Below, piece by piece: positions 56,648 through 64,000 of a stretch of 64,000 nucleotides of DNA. The stretch spans positions 13,998 to 77,997 of the forward strand of contig JAENYX010000010.1 of NCBI GenBank assembly GCA_016841565.1, given 5' to 3'. The stretch comes from Clostridium thermobutyricum. GTDB taxonomy: Bacteria; Bacillota; Clostridia; Ch29. The notes under the pieces are model-generated. The model was not told the DNA's origin and searched no databases. It saw nothing but the letters and a program-made list of their open reading frames with translations. The translations under genes and the position numbers were made by a program. Within the stretch, counting starts at the first letter, position 1; the number at the start of each line of letters is the position of its first letter.

Positions 56648-58564
56648 TTAGTCAATCAAGACTATTTCCCCTGTCCTTTCAAGGGAATAACCGCCCAGAG
56701 CCCTGACCTTCTCATTAAATACATGTCCCCCTATTACTTCCAGCATAAGCTTAATACTTGGATTTTCAAGGAATTCAACCGGAACGGCCAGATCATACTC
56801 TTCGTTGCAGACAGGAATAAAATCAAGTCCGAGGGCACCGGCAGCCGAATATACACCAAGCCCCGCATCGATGTCCGAAAAGGCCACCGCCGCCGCAACC
56901 GCCATATGGGTAAACTCCTCCCGGCCATACCCTGAAATGACTGCCGGGTCTATTGACTGCTCTTTTAATTTATAATCCAGAAGAAGTCTGGTTCCCGATC
57001 CTTTCTGCCTGTTTACAAAGCTTACCCCATTCCTTGCCAGGTCTGAAAAAGTATTTATGTTTTTGGGATTACCCTTTTTGACCATAAAACCCTGTATCCT
57101 GTTTACCAGCTTTATAAGGGCTATGTTTTTGTTTGACAGATACTTTCTTATATAGCTTATATTATACTCCCCGCTGGTTTCATCCAATAGGTGAATACCG
57201 GCAATATGGGTTTCTCCCTTTGAAAGGGCCGTTATACCGCCCATACTGCCAACATGGGCAGAAGCAAGATGCAAAGCAGGGTCATGGCAGTGAATTTCAT
57301 TGGCCAACAGGTCCAGTATGGGATCATGGCTGCCTATGCAGACTATTGTATTCTCAATATCATCAAGGTCTTTATGAAGCCTCACCTTTACCCGCTCACC
57401 GGCATCAACGCCCTCGCTGTTCTGGGGTATTACAAGCATACCGTCGGCCCGTACCAAAGACATAACAACACCTGCTCCTCTGCTTAACGGAGCTGCAATC
57501 AACCTGTCTCCCACCTTCCCCAGCTTAACCCTCACAAACTCCTTGTTCTTCAAAGACGATACAATCCTCCTGGAGCACACCGCCTCCACCTCCCGGTGCG
57601 GTTTTTCCGGCAGTCTGAGGTAGTTTTGTATAAGCGGTTTTATTACATTTTCCATTACTATATATGCGGAAACCGGGTAGCCCGGTATACCCACAACCGG
57701 CTTGCCCATAACTTTGCCCAGTATTGCCGGTTTGCCGGGTTTTATGGCTATTCCATGGGTTATTACCTCTCCAAGCTCCCGGATAATATCCTTTGTAAAG
57801 TCCTCCCTGCCGGCAGACGAACCTGCGTTGATTATCACCATATCGCTGTTTTCCACCGCCTGCTGCAGGGCAGCTTTTATATCTTCATAAACATCGTCAA
57901 CCGGCTTGTGTCTGTCTGCAGTACCGCCCCACTCCTCAATCATTCCTGCAAATATATGAGAGTTATACTCAATAAGGCTGCCCTCGCCCAAAGGCTGACC
58001 GGGCAGTACCAATTCCGTACCGGTAGGAATAATGGTTATATGGGGTTTTCTTAACACTTTTACCGTGTTGACTCCTCCTGCCAGCATTGCCCCAATGTCT
58101 ATTGGCCTTATCCTGTGGAAGACAGGCACGATCAATTCTCCCTGTACAATATCTTCCCCTATGGGTCTTATATTCTGCCAGGGTGTAGCTGCCTCGGAAA
58201 TTTCTACTCCATGGTCGGTTTCCACCAGATTCTCGGACATAACTACCGCATTATACTTTGGAGGTATCGGATCTCCGGTATCAACCACAATATAGTCCTC
58301 ATCCCCGGAAAGCCTGATTCTGCTGCGCTGGCTTGCTCCAAAGGTTACCGACGCATCAAGGGCTATCCCGTCCATGGCCGAAGCGTTAAAATGGGGTGAT
58401 GAAACATTTGCATATACCGGCTGACCGGTAACCCTGCCCAATGAAAGAGCTGTACTTATCTCCCGGGTCTGGTAATTTTCAAAAAACCCCTTAAGCCGGG
58501 CCAAGTATTCCACTATTGCCTCCTCCAGCTCCTTGCTGGACAGATATATGTTTTTTGCATTCAT
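56648..58564 (-). CDS. moeA: MoeA fused to a periplasmic-binding-protein (LysR-substrate-like) domain
   Basis: SAMDG.A, TGDPIP, GSSAGRED and KPGKP motifs; C-terminal GSHD, VGS.GG..AL and NRQ.GSGTR. Confidence 0.9.
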   Translation of the reverse strand: MNAKNIYLSSKELEEAIVEYLARLKGFFENYQTREISTALSLGRVTGQPVYANVSSPHFNASAMDGIALDASVTFGASQRSRIRLSGDEDYIVVDTGDPIPPKYNAVVMSENLVETDHGVEISEAATPWQNIRPIGEDIVQGELIVPVFHRIRPIDIGAMLAGGVNTVKVLRKPHITIIPTGTELVLPGQPLGEGSLIEYNSHIFAGMIEEWGGTADRHKPVDDVYEDIKAALQQAVENSDMVIINAGSSAGREDFTKDIIRELGEVITHGIAIKPGKPAILGKVMGKPVVGIPGYPVSAYIVMENVIKPLIQNYLRLPEKPHREVEAVCSRRIVSSLKNKEFVRVKLGKVGDRLIAAPLSRGAGVVMSLVRADGMLVIPQNSEGVDAGERVKVRLHKDLDDIENTIVCIGSHDPILDLLANEIHCHDPALHLASAHVGSMGGITALSKGETHIAGIHLLDETSGEYNISYIRKYLSNKNIALIKLVNRIQGFMVKKGNPKNINTFSDLARNGVSFVNRQKGSGTRLLLDYKLKEQSIDPAVISGYGREEFTHMAVAAAVAFSDIDAGLGVYSAAGALGLDFIPVCNEEYDLAVPVEFLENPSIKLMLEVIGGHVFNEKVRALGGYSLERTGEIVLID

Positions 58565-58576
58565 ATCGAACACTCC

Positions 58577-59806
58577 TTAAAGCATTATTACTTGGACCTC
58601 TTCGTTTTTGTACAAGCCCTCTTTATTCTTGGGTATAACCACCATCCCGTTGGCACTGGAAATTGTGGTTATCATACCCGATTTACCCGGAACCGGACGG
58701 GCATGGCTTCTGTTATCACAGCCCTGGTATACAGTTACCATAAGGTACTCCTCCCTGCCCGGCGAAGAATAGTAGCTCTCGTCGCACACCGCCTTCAATA
58801 AGGTCTGCCGACTGTCGGGTTGTCGGGACATTCGTCTTACCAGCGGGGATACCACCACCCGGTAGACCACCAGCGAAGAAACCGGCTGCCCCGGCATACC
58901 AATAACCGGCTTACCCTCAACGCTGCCAATTATGGTTGGCTTGCCCGGCTTTATGGAGATACCGTGAACCAGTACCCCCGGCTTACCCAATTCATTAATT
59001 ATACCTGCGGTATAATCGCTGAAACCGGCCGAACTGCCTCCCGAGATAAGGACCAGGTCACTGTCATCCAGAGCATCTGCAACCTTGGCTTTAATGGCCG
59101 GCCTGTCGTCTCCTGTTATTCCCTTAAGTTCTGCAATACCACCATCTCGGGTAACCGATGCCGCCAATGAATAGCTGTTAATATCCCAGATCTTGCCCGG
59201 GCTTAACTGGCTACCCGGCTTTACCAGTTCATCGCCGGTGGATATAATGGAAACCCTTGGCCTTCTGTACACCTTTAAGTCATTCAGCCCTATACTGGCC
59301 AGCGCTCCAATATGCGGTGGCCTTATCAGGGTCTCCTTTTCCAGCACCACCTGTCCCGCCGCAATGTCCTCGCCGCTTTTTATGGTGTTGTCCCACGGAC
59401 CGGCAGGCTTATATATTGCTATGATTTTATTGTCCAGATCCTCGGTATCCTCAATCATAATCACCGCGTCGCTCCCCGGCGGCAGCATCCCACCGGTTGG
59501 CACGTAGGCACACTTGTCATGGTCTATCTGTATGTCGGTGCTGCTGCCTATTGCAACCTCACCTATCTTTTCTAAAAGTGCCGGCATAGCGTCACTGGCG
59601 CCAAAAGTATCCCTGGCCTTTACCGCATACCCGTCAACCACCGATTTGTCGAAGTCAGGTATATTGCCTGGTGCCCTTATATCCTCAGCGCATCTCCTTC
59701 CCAGAGAGTCCATCAGACTTATACGTTCAGCATATCCGGGCAGATTCCAAAAATGCTGTTCTATTATTTCCAAGACTTCAGCCACATCCTTTACCTTAAG
59801 CAGCAC
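58577..59806 (-). CDS. moeA: Molybdopterin metal-insertase MoeA (gephyrin-like)
   Basis: P.FDKSVVDGYAV, PTGGMLP, STGDEL, SGGSS and KPGKP motifs. Confidence 0.92.
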   Translation of the reverse strand: MLLKVKDVAEVLEIIEQHFWNLPGYAERISLMDSLGRRCAEDIRAPGNIPDFDKSVVDGYAVKARDTFGASDAMPALLEKIGEVAIGSSTDIQIDHDKCAYVPTGGMLPPGSDAVIMIEDTEDLDNKIIAIYKPAGPWDNTIKSGEDIAAGQVVLEKETLIRPPHIGALASIGLNDLKVYRRPRVSIISTGDELVKPGSQLSPGKIWDINSYSLAASVTRDGGIAELKGITGDDRPAIKAKVADALDDSDLVLISGGSSAGFSDYTAGIINELGKPGVLVHGISIKPGKPTIIGSVEGKPVIGMPGQPVSSLVVYRVVVSPLVRRMSRQPDSRQTLLKAVCDESYYSSPGREEYLMVTVYQGCDNRSHARPVPGKSGMITTISSANGMVVIPKNKEGLYKNEEVQVIML

Positions 59807-59820
59807 AGTATACCCTCCAA

Positions 59821-60534
59821 TCAGTAGACAATATCTCCGCCAAGAAATCCCCTGGTCAGTTCGGAAACCGGATTATCAAAGAAATCCTTGCTTTTTCCCG
59901 TTTCAATTACCCTTCCTCTCATCAGCAGATAGGCCTCGTCGGCCAGCCTCTTTGCCTGAAAAATATTATGGGTTACAAAGATTATTGTTGCACCCCATTC
60001 CCTTTGAAAATCCTTCAGTACTTTTTCTATTATTATTATACTCTCGGGGTCAAGGTTGGCAGTGGATTCATCCAGCAGCAAAAGATCAGGCTGCAGTGCC
60101 AGCGCCCTGGCCAGCGCCACCCTCTGCTTTTCTCCGCCCGAAAGGGTTCGAACGTTGCGATACAATAACCCTTTGAGGTCAACGGCATGGGCACATCTCA
60201 AAACCCTGTCCCTGAGCTTGGACTGTTCCAGTCTCCGGTATCTTAATCCCGCGGCAATATTAGCGTATACGGTGGTATTAAACAGATAGGAGCGCTGCAT
60301 AACAAGAGTTATTTTTTTTCTTACCCTTTCGAAATCATGCTGCTCATCTCCATAAGCCGTTCTGCCCCCGCCGGCCTTTTCCAACCCTGCTATGATGCTG
60401 AGCAGGGTGGATTTACCCGAACCATTGGGGCCCATTACCACATGAATTCTGCCCTTTTCAAAGGACAGCTTTTCAATGTCCAAAACCTTTATCCCGTCAT
60501 ACTCTTTTATCAACTCTAGAACCTGTACTCTCAA
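59821..60534 (-). CDS. tupC: Tungstate ABC transporter ATP-binding subunit
   Basis: GPNGSGKST, LSGGEKQR and LLLDE motifs; in the tupAB operon. Confidence 0.85.
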   Translation of the reverse strand: MRVQVLELIKEYDGIKVLDIEKLSFEKGRIHVVMGPNGSGKSTLLSIIAGLEKAGGGRTAYGDEQHDFERVRKKITLVMQRSYLFNTTVYANIAAGLRYRRLEQSKLRDRVLRCAHAVDLKGLLYRNVRTLSGGEKQRVALARALALQPDLLLLDESTANLDPESIIIIEKVLKDFQREWGATIIFVTHNIFQAKRLADEAYLLMRGRVIETGKSKDFFDNPVSELTRGFLGGDIVY

Positions 60535-60536
60535 AG

Positions 60537-61223
60537 CTATGCCCCCTGAATCCTTTGAAAAAATATATTTAGTATAAAGAATAGTGTCAATAGAACAATA
60601 CCTATGGCTATGGCCTGGTCGAAGTTACCCATATTGGTCTCAAGAATAATGGCAGTTGTCATGACCCTTGTATAGCCCTTAATATTCCCTCCTACCAGCA
60701 TTACTGCACCCACTTCGGATATGGCCCTGCCATAGCCGGCAATAAGTGAAGACCCAATGGAAGTCCTGAATTCCCGTATAAGTGTCCATAAAACCTGTAA
60801 CCTCCCCGCCCCCAGGGTAAAAGCGGTATTTTGAATAAGGCTTCCTCTGTCCTTTACCGCTGCCATTGTAACTCCGGTAATAATTGGGGATATCAGAAGC
60901 ACCTGAGCAATAATCATTGCTCTGGGGCTGTGAAGGATGCCCAGGTAACCCAAGGGCCCGCTCCGTGACAGCAGCAGGTACACAACCAGGCCTGCAATGA
61001 CCGGGGGAAGCCCCATCAACGTATTGATAAGCATAATAACCGGCTTACGCAGCGGAAACTTCTTCATCCCTATGATAATTCCCGCCGGTACCGAAAAAGC
61101 CATTGAAATAGCAACCGAAATAAACGAGACACTGAGAGAAAGGCCTATAATTCTATAGACCTCTCTGTTACCCGATAGTATCAGGCTCAGTGCCCCTGCA
61201 AACCCTCGCAGTAGATTATCCAT
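60537..61223 (-). CDS. tupB: Tungstate ABC transporter permease
   Basis: MGLPPV..GL..Y.LLSR.GPLG and GR.ISEVGA..LVGGNI...TR..TT motifs. Confidence 0.9.
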   Translation of the reverse strand: MDNLLRGFAGALSLILSGNREVYRIIGLSLSVSFISVAISMAFSVPAGIIIGMKKFPLRKPVIMLINTLMGLPPVIAGLVVYLLLSRSGPLGYLGILHSPRAMIIAQVLLISPIITGVTMAAVKDRGSLIQNTAFTLGAGRLQVLWTLIREFRTSIGSSLIAGYGRAISEVGAVMLVGGNIKGYTRVMTTAIILETNMGNFDQAIAIGIVLLTLFFILNIFFQRIQGA

Positions 61224-61234
61224 AAAGCTTCATC

Positions 61235-62074
61235 CTATTCTCCGTTGGGAACGAACAAACTCTGTCCGTATTTATCCTTTCCAAACTGGGCTATCATATC
61301 CTGCACCTCATCCGACAATATCCAATCAACAAACCGGTCGGCACCTTCCTTGTTGATTCCTTCATGCTTTTCCGGGTTAACCTTTATAACTCCATACTGG
61401 TTGAACATACGCTCATCACCCTCCACCAGTATTACCAGGTCGAGATTATCTTTCATGGAAAGATAGGTGGCCCTGTCGGTCATAACATAGGTCTTCTCCT
61501 CGCTTGCAAAGGTCAGCGTGGAACCCATTCCCTTGCCCACCGACTTATACCAGTCGCCGTCCGGTTCCACACCGGCTGCCTGCCATAACTCCAGCTCTTT
61601 CATATGAGTCCCGGAATTATCTCCCCTTGAACTGAATGGAACTTTCATACTCTGAACCGTCTTCAGGGCCAAGGCGGCATCCGAACCGGCCGCTTCCTTT
61701 AACCCGGCGGGATCATCCTCGGGACCTACTATAACAAAATCATTGTACATAACCCTGTGCCTGTCCACTCCATGTCCGTCCTTCACAAACTGAATTTCAG
61801 TGGGCTCGGCGTGGACAAGAAGTACATCGGCATCGCCGTTTTTCCCCATCTCCATTGCCTGCCCTGTACCTACCGCCACAACCTTAACCTGTGTACTGTA
61901 CATTTCTTCAAAATGCGGCAGTATTTCCTCCAGCAATCCTGAATTTTCGGTACTTGTAGTGGTTGCCAGGGTTATTGGATCCAGTGTTACTGTCTCGGGT
62001 GTCTCAGTGACACCGCAGGAAACGATTACAGTCATAAGCAACAAAACAATTCCCAATGACAAAATCTTTTTCAT
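61235..62074 (-). CDS. tupA: Tungstate ABC transporter substrate-binding lipoprotein
   Basis: Lipobox IVSC; LATTTSTENSGLL (TupA TTTS motif), GTGQA, VHA and SRGDNSGTH.KE motifs. Confidence 0.92.
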   Translation of the reverse strand: MKKILSLGIVLLLMTVIVSCGVTETPETVTLDPITLATTTSTENSGLLEEILPHFEEMYSTQVKVVAVGTGQAMEMGKNGDADVLLVHAEPTEIQFVKDGHGVDRHRVMYNDFVIVGPEDDPAGLKEAAGSDAALALKTVQSMKVPFSSRGDNSGTHMKELELWQAAGVEPDGDWYKSVGKGMGSTLTFASEEKTYVMTDRATYLSMKDNLDLVILVEGDERMFNQYGVIKVNPEKHEGINKEGADRFVDWILSDEVQDMIAQFGKDKYGQSLFVPNGE

Positions 62075-62196
62075 TTGATATACCTCCTATGTATTTGGTA
62101 TCCCTGCTGGTTAAGGAGGTTTATGGCACACCCCTTATCGGGCTGTCGGATTTCTCACAGATCCGGCAAGTACAAAACACATGTTGAATCCGGCCC

Positions 62197-62345
62197 AAAA
62201 AAAACAGACGGTATCCACCATGTGGATACCGTTATAAATGTGCCATTTATAACTCCTTTCCAACATGGGAGGCATAACAGTTTCCCGTTACACCCTATCG
62301 GCTTGGCATCATGGTCTCCCGTAGACGCTCAAGCTCGGAGTCTTA
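62197..62345 (-). ncRNA. Moco/W-cofactor riboswitch (P3-less, tungsten-associated type) with intrinsic terminator
   Basis: RNA CUCCGAGCUUG...CAAGCCGAUAG-GGUGUAACGG-GAAA-CUGUUAUGCC-UCCCAUGUUGGAAAGGAG; terminator ACGGUAUCCAC-AUG-GUGGAUACCGU-CUG-U8 at 62197-62232. Confidence 0.9.
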
Positions 62346-62353
62346 TTGATAAT

Positions 62354-62382
62354 ATTATACTATGAATACATCCCTTTGTCCA
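62354..62382 (-). promoter_or_regulatory. Sigma-A promoter of the tup-moe-moa operon
   Basis: Minus strand TGGACA-17 bp-TATAAT. Confidence 0.75.
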
Positions 62383-62398
62383 TTATTAAAAGCCCCGG

Positions 62399-62938
62399 TC
62401 AGTCGGGCCTGACTACTTCTAGCTCTCCGCTGTACGGGTCAATCAACAGACCGTGCACCACAACATCCCGGGGGATAAAGCTGTAATTCCTTATGGTGCT
62501 CACGGCTTGCTTAATGTTCTCCACCTCATCGTCAATAATACCTGACCACTTATCCAGATCCGCCGAGGCTATCACGCTTTCATCAATCCCGCGGTCCACC
62601 ATGGCCTGCCGGATTTTTGCCGCCGTCAGCTTTTTCATCCCACAGTCCTTGTGTCCCACAACGTATACTTCCCTGATACCCATTACCAGCACACCCAGTG
62701 CTATACTTCTTAAAACATCATCACAGTTTTCCCTGATGGTGTTGCCTGCGTTTTTCAGAACCTTAACCTGGCCTCTTTCAAAACCCATTGCATCCTCTAC
62801 CAGACCCACCAGCCTTGTATCCATGCAGGTAAATACCATAACTCCTTTTTGTGCATGTCCGCTTATTTCTCTGTCCAGACTCAGTTTTTTGCGTTTTTCC
62901 ACAAAGCTTTTATTATATATTAAAACTTCCTCCAACAT
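62399..62938 (-). CDS. Beta-class carbonic anhydrase
   Basis: Zn ligands in TCMDTRL and GHKDCG; KNAGN and VHGL..DP..G.L motifs. Confidence 0.9.
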   Translation of the reverse strand: MLEEVLIYNKSFVEKRKKLSLDREISGHAQKGVMVFTCMDTRLVGLVEDAMGFERGQVKVLKNAGNTIRENCDDVLRSIALGVLVMGIREVYVVGHKDCGMKKLTAAKIRQAMVDRGIDESVIASADLDKWSGIIDDEVENIKQAVSTIRNYSFIPRDVVVHGLLIDPYSGELEVVRPD

Positions 62939-62956
62939 CTCTGTTCTTCCCTTCTT

Positions 62957-63739
62957 TTATATAATTCTCTGGAATCCCGAGTAGACATTAAATCTTCTAC
63001 CTCTGGCAAAGCCGGCTAATGTGATGTTTAGCTTATGGGCCAGCTGCACTGCCAGAACCGTAGGGGCAGATCTGGATGCTATAATGGGTATTCCCCTCCT
63101 GGCAGCCTTAATCAGCATTTCGGAGGAAATCCTGCCGCTGGCCAGAACGACGCATCTGTCAAAATCCAGCCCTTTTTGTACACTGTGTCCCAAAACCTTA
63201 TCCATAGCATTATGCCGTCCGATATCCTCATGGTATACTTCAATTTTTCCTTCAAGGCCCAGGGCGCAGCTGTGTACGCCACCGGTTTTTTTGAATACCT
63301 CAGATCTGTCGTCAAACTCTCTCATAAGGCTGATTATGGTCTGATACTCTGTTTTCCGGTGTTCTTTATCAAGCACCATGGTATCCATGGAATCCTTCAC
63401 GTTGTAGAATACAGGGCCCCTGCCGCAACCGCTTGTAATTGTGCGGCTTCCGTACAGTTTTTCTGCAAGAATGCTGCCGCCCTTAAGCTCAATTTCGGCA
63501 ACACCCTTTTTTTCATCAATCCTTAACCTCCCAATATCCCCCGAGCTTTTAATGAAGCCCTCGGATAACAGAAAACCTGTTACCAGATATTCCAGATCCT
63601 CCGGAGAGCACAGCAGTGTAACAAACTCCTTCCCTTCAAGAAAAAGAGTCAGCGGATACTCCTCCACCACAATATCGGTGGTGTGTTCAACGCCCTGATG
63701 GCTGTATCTTATTATTTTGGTATCTTTATAATAGGACAT
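62957..63739 (-). CDS. fdhD: Formate dehydrogenase accessory sulfurtransferase
   Basis: EYPL, CSP..L..L..GFL.SEG, F..TGGVH, EDIGRHNA.DK and SGR.S.EM motifs. Confidence 0.95.
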   Translation of the reverse strand: MSYYKDTKIIRYSHQGVEHTTDIVVEEYPLTLFLEGKEFVTLLCSPEDLEYLVTGFLLSEGFIKSSGDIGRLRIDEKKGVAEIELKGGSILAEKLYGSRTITSGCGRGPVFYNVKDSMDTMVLDKEHRKTEYQTIISLMREFDDRSEVFKKTGGVHSCALGLEGKIEVYHEDIGRHNAMDKVLGHSVQKGLDFDRCVVLASGRISSEMLIKAARRGIPIIASRSAPTVLAVQLAHKLNITLAGFARGRRFNVYSGFQRII

Positions 63740-64000
63740 GGTTCATCCCTCCGGCTTCTATAAAACTGTAAAATTCCTCCAGATCCCTCAGGTTATTTAG
63801 ATTGGTGAATATACCCAAGTCGGGGCTATATTCTCTTATCTTGCTCTCACTTATCTTAATAATTCTCTTATTCTTTAGTACGTCAAATATTTTATATACT
63901 CGGTTTTCAACATTTTCCTGTATATCGTTCGCCAAATCAATACTATACAGTGCATGAAAAGGCTCTATCCAGTTACCTTTTTCCGATATAACCGCATGGG
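63726..64000 (-). CDS. mobA: Molybdenum/tungsten cofactor guanylyltransferase, C-terminal part (runs off the window end)
   Basis: The frame is open to the window edge: ...WIEPFHALYS...IFTNLNNLRDL; EP..A.Y and F.N.N...D are MobA motifs; overlaps the fdhD start. Confidence 0.8.
   Translation of the reverse strand, partial: HAVISEKGNWIEPFHALYSIDLANDIQENVENRVYKIFDVLKNKRIIKISESKIREYSPDLGIFTNLNNLRDLEEFYSFIEAGGMNHVLL

Noticed and set aside
62075-62365. 96-aa plus-strand ORF
   Set aside because: Overlaps the riboswitch, terminator and promoter on the other strand; no coding features.
1-64000. CRISPR arrays, tRNA and rRNA genes (including selC)
   Set aside because: No regularly spaced repeat-spacer array or tRNA/rRNA signature was seen by eye; a tRNAscan run would be needed to exclude tRNAs formally.

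Overview
64 kb of chromosome from a spore-forming, Clostridia-like anaerobe (inferred from SLH proteins, SASP, pdaB, Rnf and a sigma-54 activator); most genes lie on the minus strand. In order: minC(partial)-mrdA-mreDCB-radC-maf, then sporulation/cell-wall genes. An accessory block (about 8.9-23.3 kb) holds three large mosaic surface proteins whose promoters each carry the same pair of VirR/LytTR-type boxes, next to a convergent GHKL kinase/LytTR regulator pair. Next come an ATP-grasp ligase plus atypical Mur ligase operon, a 130-bp MITE with an 8-bp target duplication, and a candidate pseudoknotted small RNA. The rest is a complete his operon with divergent hisK, a sigma-54 operon (cysteine-desulfidase-like enzyme, permease, M20 hydrolase), a sirtuin, DUF1015, rnfCDGEAB behind a candidate Na+ riboswitch, a UGA-recoded HesB-like selenoprotein missed by the ORF track plus a glutaredoxin, and a tungstate uptake/pterin-cofactor cluster behind a P3-less Moco/W-co riboswitch, ending with carbonic anhydrase, fdhD and partial mobA. 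No rRNA, tRNA, CRISPR array, integrase or transposase was seen. All family assignments come from motif recognition by eye; no database search or folding program was run. Several starts were moved from the ORF track to fit Shine-Dalgarno spacing.
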